A model generated the notes under the pieces. That model did not search any database, was not told the DNA's origin, and was given only the letters and a program-made list of their open reading frames with translations. A stretch of 64,000 bases of DNA from a bacterium. Lineage in GTDB: Bacteria > Patescibacteriota > Patescibacteriia > UBA9570. The stretch is taken from NCBI GenBank assembly GCA_030698395.1, contig JAUYKW010000008.1, positions 1,662-65,661 on the forward strand. The letters run 5' to 3'. Positions 1 through 9,668 of the stretch are shown in pieces. The translations under genes were made by a program, and so were the position numbers. Numbering within the stretch: the stretch's first letter is position 1; each line of letters starts with the position of its first letter.

Positions 1-2258
1 GTATTGCAGATTTTGCTGGTAATGCAGGATTAGGTACCACTGTTGATACAACGCGGTCTATGGTTACGGTATCTAGCTATACTCTAGATCCTGGAGCTAC
101 TGAAACTACTGGTTTAGTTACTGGCAAACTTATCACCGATGTTACTATCTCAGCGGAAAGAGCAGTTACTGGATATGACACAGTAGTTTTTTATCAAGTT
201 ATTGAGTTTGCAAAACCGGTTACCGTTCAATCAGGAGAGGTTACTCTGGGTTCTGGTAGCGTAAATATTACTGATCTATTAGGTACATCTGTAGATTTAG
301 ATAGGTCTTGGATTTATTGTTCTTGGGACGCGAGTAATGTTGGTATAAGGCAATCTGCAATTGGTTGTGAGTTACTTAATTCAGATCTAGCATCATTTTA
401 TAGATATAATACAGGTGCTTACACAAACCGAATAAGATACTATGTTATTGAGTTTCCGAGTGGATCTGTTGATGTAGAGCGGGGTAGTGTTTATGATAAT
501 CCAGAAGGAACAGACGGTGTCCAGTATGATCAAGATATTTCAATAAGCGACGTAGTTGATGTACAGAAAGCCTTTCCGTATGTCACTAATACTGCAAATG
601 GCACAGGCACAGCATTGCCGCGTAATAGATGGATAGAGTATTTAGTAGGAACAACAATTTTACGGACGTCAAATTGGCGTACATATACAGGCGGTACAGC
701 AGATGCCAATACAAAATACTGGCAGATTATAAGGTTTACACCATATTATGAAGCACTTGGCTGGGGATGGGTTGGAAATGCAATTGGCCCCGCAGATAAT
801 GCCACTATTGGTTTGGTGAGTTTTAACTGTGCCAGTTTAGATGAAGGTATTTTTGGGGTGTGTGATGATGTAGTTAGAAATAACTATGGAGTAAAACTTC
901 AATATGGTGGTTGCAGAATTGAGTGTGATGTAATAGGGCAAGCCTGGGTTGGTGGTTATGATACTGGCGATAGCGTTCCAGAATCTCCCTTAGGCATAAT
1001 AGATTTTAATCCTGATTTAACGGATGCTCCATCTGTAATAACTGGCCCTGATAATGGTGGAACGGATATTATTGAGGGAGATGATCCTTCTACTGTAGAA
1101 AATGATAGCTTGGATGCGCATTGGAATGAGGAGACAGGGGAGTTGTATGGTTGGGCAAGATTTAGATCATTGCGTGATGAGGAAATTGCCCTTGGCGGTG
1201 TAGCAAATGATTGGGGCTGGATAAAATTGAGGGGAAAAATTAATGATGGAGCTAGCAATGAGTATGGGGTAACTTTTGATACTGATACGCTTGAGTTTAC
1301 GGGGTGGGCATGGAATGAAAATGGTACAAATCCAGTAACGGGATTTGAATCTGATGGTACGGGAATTGGATGGGTGAAATTCGATATAGATTTAACATCT
1401 CTTGTGGGAACTTCATTTTTAGAAACTGTTCAAGGAGATGTTTATTCGAAATTAGGAGTTAGTAATAGCCAAACAAATCCAGTAGGTGAGCATAATGCAA
1501 CATATTTAATTGAGACGAGTGGTACAGTTACGGATTTTACATCAGAATTAGATATTAATCCGCCTGGTTCACCTGAGGATTATACTCCACGTGAAAACAT
1601 AGATATAAAATTTTACCCATATGAACGTGGTACTAATGTTTGGGGAGGAAAAGAACCAGCATATATTGGTAACATTTATGTTAATGAGTTAATAACTGAT
1701 GCAATGAAACAAGATAATGACTTCGTTGGTCCATGTACAGAATCTATATTGACAGGTCGTACTAATCCATTAGATCATCAGGTATTTTACTGTAACGGTG
1801 ATTTAACGATTAATAATAATTTAACTTTCTATAATGCAGTCGCTGATGGTAATGGCAGCGGTACAATTGTAGTAAATGGGGATTTAAATATTCGTGATAA
1901 TATGACATATTTTAATAATACAATTTCTAGTCATATTAATAATTTAGCATCTGTTTCTTGGATAGTTTTAGGAGAAATAAATATTGATCCGACAGTTACA
2001 GAGATAGTTGGAGCCTTTATTGCACTAAAGGAAGATGCTGGAGATCCTGATTTAATTAATTTTTATACAGGTTATGGCAATTTACCTTTAGAAATATATG
2101 GCTTGGTAATGGCTAAGGGTTATGCATTCAATAGACAAGATGTTGGTGTTAGTCCAGATCCAAAACCAGCAGAGAAAATCATCTATGATGGTAGAGTTAT
2201 TGCTAATACCCCGCCCGGATTAGAAGACTTTTCAAAAGTATTACCTACGATTCAATAA
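1..2258 (+). CDS. Large extracellular/pilus-associated protein, 5'-truncated (frame is open to the window edge)
   Basis: No stop upstream of ATG 60 in frame. Repeated GW(A/G)W...G.GW(I/V)xF motifs and a C-terminal beta-helix-like region (VFYCNGDLTIN, IVVNGDLNI, IVLGEINID, IIYDGR...PPG). Directly upstream of pilM. Confidence 0.55.
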   Translation, partial: IADFAGNAGLGTTVDTTRSMVTVSSYTLDPGATETTGLVTGKLITDVTISAERAVTGYDTVVFYQVIEFAKPVTVQSGEVTLGSGSVNITDLLGTSVDLDRSWIYCSWDASNVGIRQSAIGCELLNSDLASFYRYNTGAYTNRIRYYVIEFPSGSVDVERGSVYDNPEGTDGVQYDQDISISDVVDVQKAFPYVTNTANGTGTALPRNRWIEYLVGTTILRTSNWRTYTGGTADANTKYWQIIRFTPYYEALGWGWVGNAIGPADNATIGLVSFNCASLDEGIFGVCDDVVRNNYGVKLQYGGCRIECDVIGQAWVGGYDTGDSVPESPLGIIDFNPDLTDAPSVITGPDNGGTDIIEGDDPSTVENDSLDAHWNEETGELYGWARFRSLRDEEIALGGVANDWGWIKLRGKINDGASNEYGVTFDTDTLEFTGWAWNENGTNPVTGFESDGTGIGWVKFDIDLTSLVGTSFLETVQGDVYSKLGVSNSQTNPVGEHNATYLIETSGTVTDFTSELDINPPGSPEDYTPRENIDIKFYPYERGTNVWGGKEPAYIGNIYVNELITDAMKQDNDFVGPCTESILTGRTNPLDHQVFYCNGDLTINNNLTFYNAVADGNGSGTIVVNGDLNIRDNMTYFNNTISSHINNLASVSWIVLGEINIDPTVTEIVGAFIALKEDAGDPDLINFYTGYGNLPLEIYGLVMAKGYAFNRQDVGVSPDPKPAEKIIYDGRVIANTPPGLEDFSKVLPTIQ

Positions 2259-2264
2259 TTGCTG

Positions 2265-2293
2265 TTGATTTTATGTTAGAAACGTGCTATAAT
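2265..2293 (+). promoter_or_regulatory. Sigma70 promoter for the pilM operon
   Basis: TTGATT-17 bp-TATAAT with extended -10 (TGcTATAAT), 10 nt before ATG 2304. Confidence 0.6.
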
Positions 2294-2303
2294 TTTATAT
2301 AAT

Positions 2304-3425
2304 ATGGCTATTAAATCTTCCGACGGTATTGTCGGTGTCGATATCGGCGGCTCCAGTCTAAAAATGGTGGAGTTACGCAACGAAAAGGGGCGACCAAAGC
2401 TTGTAACTTATGGTTATATTGAGCGACCCAATCAAATATTAAAAGCTGATTCTGCTGAGGCAAAGCAGAGAGTAGTAGAAACCATTAAAGAGGTTGCCGC
2501 GAAAGCAAATATTACAAGTAAGCGAATAGTTGCCGGCTTACCAAGCTTTACTGTATTTTCATCAATTATTACTCTGCCAGAGATGAAAGAGAAAGAGTTG
2601 GCTGCAGCAGTAAAGTGGGAGGCGAAAAAATTTGTGCCAATGCCGATAGAAAAGATGATTCTTGATTATCAAATATTAGAAGATGCTGATGATACTATTA
2701 CAACATCTGATGCAAGTGTTGCACAGACAACTGCTGAAAATAGTGGTGATGCTGCAGGTGCTCAGGTTACAACACAACCAAAGAAATATAGTAAAATTTT
2801 GCTAACAGCGGCACCATCAGATTTGGTTAGTAGGTATGTAGAAATATTCCAGATGGCAGGTTTAACCTTAGAGAGTTTAGAAACTGAGGCATTTGCTCTA
2901 GAAAGAGCATTAGTAGGACACGATCCTTCTCCTGTACTAATCGTAGATATTGGAGCAACTACTACTAATATATCCGTTGTAGTTTCTAGCGTACCAGTTA
3001 TTAATCGTAGTATTGATTTAGGAGGACAGACTATAACAAAAACAATTGCTAGTAGTTTAAATGTAGATCCAGATAGAGCAGAGCAGTTTAAACGTGATTT
3101 TGGTTTAGTACCTTCAGGCTCAACTGGAAATCAAATTCCAAAACGTATTGAGTTTATGGTGTCTTCTGTTATCAATGAAATTAAGTATGTAATGAATCTT
3201 TATCATAATCAGAGCAGTAAACAGATTGAGAAGATTGTCTTGTCTGGAGGATCTGCGTGGTTACCGAATTTACCACAATATTTATCTCAATCATTAAATA
3301 ATAAAGTTATTATTGGTGATCCATGGGCTAGAGTAATCTATCCTGTTGAATTAAAACCAGTACTACAAGAGATTGGCCCTCGTTTAGGTGTTGCAGTTGG
3401 TTTAGCAATGCGTGAAATAGTTTAA
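2304..3425 (+). CDS. pilM: Type IV pilus assembly protein PilM
   Basis: GVDIGGSSLKMVEL, WEAKKFVP, IVDIGATTT and LSGGSA actin-like motifs; first gene of pilMNO. Confidence 0.92.
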   Translation: MAIKSSDGIVGVDIGGSSLKMVELRNEKGRPKLVTYGYIERPNQILKADSAEAKQRVVETIKEVAAKANITSKRIVAGLPSFTVFSSIITLPEMKEKELAAAVKWEAKKFVPMPIEKMILDYQILEDADDTITTSDASVAQTTAENSGDAAGAQVTTQPKKYSKILLTAAPSDLVSRYVEIFQMAGLTLESLETEAFALERALVGHDPSPVLIVDIGATTTNISVVVSSVPVINRSIDLGGQTITKTIASSLNVDPDRAEQFKRDFGLVPSGSTGNQIPKRIEFMVSSVINEIKYVMNLYHNQSSKQIEKIVLSGGSAWLPNLPQYLSQSLNNKVIIGDPWARVIYPVELKPVLQEIGPRLGVAVGLAMREIV

Positions 3426-3427
3426 TA

Positions 3428-4972
3428 ATGGGCACTGTTGACTTCCTACAAGGAGATGAAAAAAAGTCTAAGAAGTCAGACAAAAATCAGCCTGCTCAAT
3501 ATGGTATTGAATATACGAATCCAGACGGAGATTATTCAGAACCATTAAAAGCAAAGAAGGAGAAAAAGAAATTTTCTTTATTTGGAGGGAAAAAGAATAA
3601 ACAAAGAATGCAAAAAGATAATGTCTTAGGTGTTGATTTGGTGAAATCTAGTGAAGAACAGAAGAATAAAATAAAGAGAGTAAAAATTGCAAAAATTAAG
3701 AAAAAGAAAGATAAAAAAGATGTTGATGATTCTGTTGTTGAGAGTGAGGCTTTAGATGTTGAACAACCAGTAAGTGTGAAGGCATCTTTGCCGACAGCTA
3801 ATGTTATGTCTAAAGATAAGGTGATAATTGCGTCTGATACCATAGATACTACTGTAATGAAAAATGATGAGACATTAAAAATAGAGGAGAAAAAGCCAAC
3901 TATACCAATAGCTCCAGTGGTACCTCCAGTTGTGCCAGTTATTCCATCACCGCAAACAGTGATAAAAGAAATGCCTGTTATGTCTGTGCCTTCTAAAAAA
4001 ACAACACCAGATGCAGTAAAAACAAGTGATGAAAGTTTGCCACATTTTGCTGTACCAGAAAAAAAAGTAAAAATTCCAACACCTCCGCCACCACCAGTAC
4101 ATGCTCAACCAGTGCCAAAAAAGGTGGAACCAAAAGTGGAACCTAGTATTAAAGTACCTCCGCCACCAGCTATAGTTACTCCAACTCAAATGCCAACAAC
4201 AGAGTTACCATTAAGTACTGCACAGTCTGGTAGGGTACATTCGAAGAATGTGCAGGCAATTCATGGCAAAGAGACAGATCCTGAACTTGGTCTTGCTTCA
4301 AATTTTTTAATTAATCTTTTGCCATCTGATCTTGTTGATGAATTCAGGCCAATATCGAGAATAGCCAATTTAATCAAAGTGGCAATATATACGGTAGTTG
4401 GCATTGGTGTGCTTTATGGTGCAATGATTGCGTACCAATTCTTTTTTATAATTCAAACTCAAAATAACTTAGAAGAGATATCAAAATTAGATCAAGAGAT
4501 ATTAACATATAAAGATTTACAAACAGATATCAATGAAAGTGATAAAAAAATTGAAGCTTTTAATTCTATAGTTACACAACACGTTTATTGGTCTAACTTT
4601 TTTGAGCTCTTAGAAAAATATACTTTACCTAACGTACATTACACGACTTTCGCTGGAACCGTAGATGGTAAGATAACTTTGCAGGCTACAACTACAGATT
4701 ATGCATCAGTAAGTAGACAAGTAGCTGTATTAAAAGACGCAACTGATTTTATTAAATCAGTTTACGTTACTAACGCTTCGAGCACAGTGACATCATCTGG
4801 AGAAGAAGCGAATACTGAAAATCAAGATGCTTTAGTTGAGGAATTGCCGATCGATGAGTTGCCTAGTGATGATTCAGTTGCAGTTGCACCTAAATCAAAT
4901 GAAGTTTTATTTGCGATTTCTGCTGAACTAAACCCTGATATTTTCTTATATAAGCGTTATGAAATTGAATAG
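3428..4972 (+). CDS. pilN: PilN-like protein with long Lys/Pro-rich N-terminal extension
   Basis: INLLP motif, then a TM helix, coiled coil and WSNFFELLEKYTLPNV; follows pilM. Confidence 0.75.
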   Translation: MGTVDFLQGDEKKSKKSDKNQPAQYGIEYTNPDGDYSEPLKAKKEKKKFSLFGGKKNKQRMQKDNVLGVDLVKSSEEQKNKIKRVKIAKIKKKKDKKDVDDSVVESEALDVEQPVSVKASLPTANVMSKDKVIIASDTIDTTVMKNDETLKIEEKKPTIPIAPVVPPVVPVIPSPQTVIKEMPVMSVPSKKTTPDAVKTSDESLPHFAVPEKKVKIPTPPPPPVHAQPVPKKVEPKVEPSIKVPPPPAIVTPTQMPTTELPLSTAQSGRVHSKNVQAIHGKETDPELGLASNFLINLLPSDLVDEFRPISRIANLIKVAIYTVVGIGVLYGAMIAYQFFFIIQTQNNLEEISKLDQEILTYKDLQTDINESDKKIEAFNSIVTQHVYWSNFFELLEKYTLPNVHYTTFAGTVDGKITLQATTTDYASVSRQVAVLKDATDFIKSVYVTNASSTVTSSGEEANTENQDALVEELPIDELPSDDSVAVAPKSNEVLFAISAELNPDIFLYKRYEIE

Positions 4973-5606
4973 TGAAAAATTAAACTCTTTTCTTGAAAAG
5001 TACAATAAATTGTTAATATTGGTTATTGTAGTATTGATTGGAAGTGTTGGTATTTTTGCCTTATTGGTTCCCCAATTTTATAGCTTGAGTACTTCAGGTG
5101 TACTAGAATATAAAGAAACTGAAGAGAAAGTAGTGAAACGACAACAGTATCTCGTAGATTTACAAATGATGAAACGGAATTTTGAAGAGCTGGATTTTAG
5201 AATATTTAGATTAATAGATACTATCTTACCTCCACAACAGGAGTCGGCACGATTATTTGAAGAATTGGAGTTATTTTTTGCAGATACGAATATTGAAATT
5301 AAAAGTATTAATATAGCAGCAGTTAATGAACCAGTAGCTACAGAGGCAACGAACAGAGATACAGCAAAACCTTATAACAGCGATGATATTATTCAGCTAA
5401 GTCTTACGGTTAATGTGGATGCAACAGCTGCAAGTTATGAGGATTTCAAAGACGTGTTAATAAAAATTGAAGAATATGATCATCTTTTAGAGTTAGAATC
5501 GTTAGTATATGCACCTGAAAATAGCGCATATACATTTACTTTTATTACATATCAAAGAAGTACCGAAGTAGAACAAGTAATAGATAATATTAACGACGAT
5601 GTCTAG
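4959..5606 (+). CDS. pilO: PilO-like protein
   Basis: N-terminal TM, coiled coil, ILP motif, SYEDFKDVLIKIE; follows pilN. Confidence 0.7.
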   Translation: MKLNSEKLNSFLEKYNKLLILVIVVLIGSVGIFALLVPQFYSLSTSGVLEYKETEEKVVKRQQYLVDLQMMKRNFEELDFRIFRLIDTILPPQQESARLFEELELFFADTNIEIKSINIAAVNEPVATEATNRDTAKPYNSDDIIQLSLTVNVDATAASYEDFKDVLIKIEEYDHLLELESLVYAPENSAYTFTFITYQRSTEVEQVIDNINDDV

Positions 5607-6510
5607 AAAATCAAAAAAACAACCTAACATTACTTTATTGGTTATTGTATTAATGCTAGCAATATTTGGTTTAGTAGCTGCATTTTTAATTGCTACTACA
5701 TATTTTCAGGCAAGTTTGGAAAATATGGTATTGCAAAAGCAACAGCAAAATGACATTACTGTTGAGAATGTAGTTACAAAAATATCTACTGATATCTTAG
5801 AAGGAGAGCAAGTGCATGATTTATCAGATTTAAGATATTCAGAGTATGCCAGTCAATTATCTGGTACTGCACAGTTTTATCCAGAACCTGCAGAGCCTAA
5901 TAATTTTAGAGCGGAAAATATTGGTATTGGTGATAGAATATTATTAACTTGGGAAGTGCCTTTCGGACAATCGTATGAAGGAGTTGAAATAAATAGAGAT
6001 GGAGTTTTATTAGAATCAATACCAAGTGAAAGTGGTAGCTTTATTGATGTAAACGTTGTTAATGGGGAGACTTATAAATATTCAATTAGGTCTTATCGTA
6101 CTATTGATGATGTAGTTAATTACTCCAAAACAACAGAAGCAATAAAAGTAAAAGTAAAAGATGATGTTCCACCAGCTGCTCCAAAAAATGTTTCTGTGGT
6201 AGTTAGTGCTGATAATCCAGTTGAGTTAATAGTATCATGGGATAATGGGGACGAAGCTGATACAGATCATTATGTGATATACAGGTCTACAGAGTATGGG
6301 GTTAAAGGGGAAAATATTGGAAATATAGAAAAATCATTTACTGAGGCAAGTGATTCTACCGTAGAGCCAGGAGTTACATACTATTACACAGTAACTGCAG
6401 TTGATTTATCAGGAAATGAATCTACTGGAATATTACCTCACGCTACACCGGGTAACACCACTCCATTTGGTAAGAGTATTGAAGGTGATAATATTGAAGA
6501 ATCACTATAA
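5599..6510 (+). CDS. Membrane-anchored protein with two fibronectin type III domains
   Basis: N-terminal TM; LTW...YKYSIRS and VSW...YYYTVTAVDLSGNES FN3 signatures. Confidence 0.75.
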   Translation: MSRKSKKQPNITLLVIVLMLAIFGLVAAFLIATTYFQASLENMVLQKQQQNDITVENVVTKISTDILEGEQVHDLSDLRYSEYASQLSGTAQFYPEPAEPNNFRAENIGIGDRILLTWEVPFGQSYEGVEINRDGVLLESIPSESGSFIDVNVVNGETYKYSIRSYRTIDDVVNYSKTTEAIKVKVKDDVPPAAPKNVSVVVSADNPVELIVSWDNGDEADTDHYVIYRSTEYGVKGENIGNIEKSFTEASDSTVEPGVTYYYTVTAVDLSGNESTGILPHATPGNTTPFGKSIEGDNIEESL

Positions 6511-6517
6511 ATAAAAT

Positions 6518-8254
6518 ATGATTGCTGATTTTTCATCACGCGTGTTGCAGCAGCTACAAGATAAACAGTTGATTACTCCAGATCAGGGAGTTCAATTATT
6601 ACAGCAAGCCACTGGTTTGAATGTGAGTGTTTTGCAATTAATTGAAGAACAAAGGTTGATTCGAACTGAAGAAATTGCAAAAGCAAAATCAGAGGTTTTA
6701 AATATGGAATACATTGATTTATCTGGTGTTGAAGTAAAGGCTGACGTTTTAAAAGTTATTGCTGAAGAGACAGCTCAAAACTATTTATTGGCACCTTTTC
6801 ATAGAGAGGATGACATTGTGAGTGTGGCCTTTGTAAATCCAGAAGATATTAGAGCAAATGAAGCGTTGGATTTTATAGCTCGTCAAGAAAGAGTGCATTT
6901 TAAAAATTACGTAGCTAGCCCAATGAGTGTTAAACACATATTGCGGCAATACGGTAATTTACATGAAGAAGTAGAGGAGGCTTTAGCAACAGCAGATGTA
7001 ACCGATATAGAATTAGGCGATAAAGAAATAATTGAGGATGAGGTTGTAAAGACGGCACCAGTATCAAAAATGATATCAGTGATTTTAAAGCATGCTATAG
7101 AAGGAGTATCTTCTGATGTTCACATAGAACCAATGGGAGATGAAACTAGAGTAAGGTATCGCGTTGATGGAGTTTTGCATACATCATTAGTTATTCCGGG
7201 AAAAGTTCATCAGGCATTAGTATCTCGTATTAAAGTTTTGGCAAATTTAAAATTGGATGAAACTAGATTACCGCAAGATGGTAGATTTAAAATGAAATTT
7301 GAAGGAAGAGATGTGGAATTTCGTGTTTCAACATTGCCTTTGATAGAGAATGAGAAAGTAGTAATGCGTATTTTGGATACATCTTCTAGTGTTTTAAGTT
7401 TAGAAGATCTTGGTTTTCATGATTATAATTTAACTAGAGCTAGTCGTAATTTACAGCAACCTCATGGAATGTTATTGATTACAGGTCCGACTGGTTCAGG
7501 TAAAAGTACTACTTTATATTCAATGTTATCTTTACTAAATAAAGAAGGAATAAACATCATTACTCTTGAGGATCCGGTGGAATATGATTTGCCTGGGATA
7601 GCTCAATCACAGATGAAACCAGAAATTGGTTTAACTTTTTCTGCTGGATTGCGTTCTGTTTTACGTCAAGATCCGGATGTAATTATGGTTGGTGAAATTA
7701 GAGATCAAGAAACTGCTGATTTAGCTGTGCATGCGGCTTTAACCGGACATATGATGCTTTCTACATTGCATACGAATAATGCTGTTGGTGCAATTCCACG
7801 TTTAATTGATATGGGCATTGAGCCATTTTTGTTAGCAAGTTCTTTGAATGTAGTAGTGGGTCAACGTTTGATAAGAAAAATCTGTGAGCATTGTAAAGAG
7901 ATGGTAGAATTAAATAGTAGCCAAATTAAAGATATTGAAGCAGAAATACAAGCAATGCCAGCAAAATTTTTACCTCATGATGTTTCTTTATTACCGCCAT
8001 ATACAGTTTATAAGGGAATGGGATGTAGTAGGTGCGATGATGGCGGTTATCACGGTAGAATATCAATTAACGAGGTGCTAGAAAATACAAAGGCATTAAA
8101 GAAAATTATTGATGATGGTGATATTGGAAAAACTGATATAGTCTTAAAAGAGATGCACGATCAAGGAATGTTCACTTTACGTCAGGATGGTCTTATTAAA
8201 GTGTTTCGTGGCCAGACAACTTTTGAAGAAGTTTGGAATGCTACTAAAGAATAA
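6518..8254 (+). CDS. pilB: Type IV pilus extension ATPase PilB/GspE
   Basis: SDVHIEP, RLPQDG, GPTGSGKST, TLEDPVE, LRQDPDVIMVGEIRD, STLHTN, CxxC zinc motifs. Confidence 0.93.
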   Translation: MIADFSSRVLQQLQDKQLITPDQGVQLLQQATGLNVSVLQLIEEQRLIRTEEIAKAKSEVLNMEYIDLSGVEVKADVLKVIAEETAQNYLLAPFHREDDIVSVAFVNPEDIRANEALDFIARQERVHFKNYVASPMSVKHILRQYGNLHEEVEEALATADVTDIELGDKEIIEDEVVKTAPVSKMISVILKHAIEGVSSDVHIEPMGDETRVRYRVDGVLHTSLVIPGKVHQALVSRIKVLANLKLDETRLPQDGRFKMKFEGRDVEFRVSTLPLIENEKVVMRILDTSSSVLSLEDLGFHDYNLTRASRNLQQPHGMLLITGPTGSGKSTTLYSMLSLLNKEGINIITLEDPVEYDLPGIAQSQMKPEIGLTFSAGLRSVLRQDPDVIMVGEIRDQETADLAVHAALTGHMMLSTLHTNNAVGAIPRLIDMGIEPFLLASSLNVVVGQRLIRKICEHCKEMVELNSSQIKDIEAEIQAMPAKFLPHDVSLLPPYTVYKGMGCSRCDDGGYHGRISINEVLENTKALKKIIDDGDIGKTDIVLKEMHDQGMFTLRQDGLIKVFRGQTTFEEVWNATKE

Positions 8255-8256
8255 TT

Positions 8257-8634
8257 ATGAGTATTGAAAAGAAAAAAATATTACTAGTTGAAGATGATAC
8301 GTTTATTTCTGATATGTACAGGAAAAAACTAGAGAGTTCTGGATTTAATGTAGTATCATCAACTGATGGCATGAGCGCTTTAGTATTAGCAGCGTCAGAG
8401 TATCCCGATTTAATTTTATTGGATATTATGTTGCCAAAGATGGATGGTTGGGATGCACTTGATAGACTAAAAGATGATCCGGATACTAAAGATATTCCAG
8501 TAATCATTATGACAAACCTTGGGAGCCAAGAGGATGTTAAGCGGGGATTAGAGATGGGAGCTGTAGATTATTTAATCAAAGCTCATTTTGTTCCATCGGA
8601 AGTAGTTAAAAAAATAAGTGCAATTATTCAATAG
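8257..8634 (+). CDS. Single-domain response regulator (CheY-like receiver)
   Basis: ILLVEDD, LILLDIMLPKMDG, GAVDYLIK. Confidence 0.9.
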   Translation: MSIEKKKILLVEDDTFISDMYRKKLESSGFNVVSSTDGMSALVLAASEYPDLILLDIMLPKMDGWDALDRLKDDPDTKDIPVIIMTNLGSQEDVKRGLEMGAVDYLIKAHFVPSEVVKKISAIIQ

Positions 8635-8635
8635 T

Positions 8636-9667
8636 ATGTCATCAGTTGATTCAGCTTCAGAAATTCAAATTCAAAAATTGTTATCAGCAGTTGCAGAGTA
8701 TAAAGCGACCGATTTACATTTGAGCGTGGGCAGTACCCCAGTTCTGAGGATGGGCGGAAAATTAGTGCCATTAACATCAGAGCCTTTGTTAACAAGTGAA
8801 TTTATTCAAACTGTAGCGTCATTGATGCTAACTCCAGAATTGAATGCAAAATTACAAGAACAGAAATCAATTTTATTTATTTATTATTCTAAATCAAAGG
8901 CCAGGTACAAGGTGCATATGTATTTTCAGGGTGGATTTATTTCTATTAGTTTAAGATTAATTCCGTCTTTAGCTACACCAATCAATGGATTGGAGTTGCC
9001 ACAAGAAGTTAAGAATCTAGTTCAGGTGGAATCTGGTATGATTATAGTTTGTGGACCGTATGGATCAGGAAAATCTACAATTTTAGCTGGTTTTATTGAG
9101 TATTATAATCAAAATCTTGGTAAGCATATAGTTACTTTTGAAAAACCTGTAGAATTCTTAATTAATGATAGTAAATCAATAGTTGAACAACGCGAGATAG
9201 GTAAAGATATTAATTCCATTAATCAAATATCAGAATTTGTTTCTACTGAGGATGTGGATATTGTGTTATTAGCAGATTTATTCAATCATGAAACTATGCA
9301 GGTGGCTTTTGATGCCGCTCGCATGGGTAAGTTGGTTTTAGTGGAAGCTAACACTGATAGTATTCGTGATACCCTGGAAAGTATTATTGGAATGTATAAA
9401 ATAGATGAACAACCTGCAATTATAGCCACAATGGTAAAATCTCTCAAAGCTATAGTAGCATTAGAAAGTCTACCAAATACATCTGGATCCGTGTCGATCG
9501 CGGCAGAGGTATTAGTGATGACGCCAAGCGTACAAGGCTTGTTACAGCAAGGAGCATTGGAGAAAGTTGATATGATTATTGAAGGAGGTAGAAATGAAGG
9601 AATGATTTCTATAAAAGAAGCAAAAGAGGCAATGGCGCAGGCAGGTATTATTAACTTACGTATGTAA
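8636..9667 (+). CDS. pilT: PilT/PilU-family retraction ATPase homolog with degenerate motifs
   Basis: ATDLHLSVG, GPYGSGKST, EQREIG; Asp box, Walker B and His box are altered. Start placed at ATG 8636 after the upstream stop. Confidence 0.75.
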   Translation: MSSVDSASEIQIQKLLSAVAEYKATDLHLSVGSTPVLRMGGKLVPLTSEPLLTSEFIQTVASLMLTPELNAKLQEQKSILFIYYSKSKARYKVHMYFQGGFISISLRLIPSLATPINGLELPQEVKNLVQVESGMIIVCGPYGSGKSTILAGFIEYYNQNLGKHIVTFEKPVEFLINDSKSIVEQREIGKDINSINQISEFVSTEDVDIVLLADLFNHETMQVAFDAARMGKLVLVEANTDSIRDTLESIIGMYKIDEQPAIIATMVKSLKAIVALESLPNTSGSVSIAAEVLVMTPSVQGLLQQGALEKVDMIIEGGRNEGMISIKEAKEAMAQAGIINLRM

Positions 9668-9668
9668 A

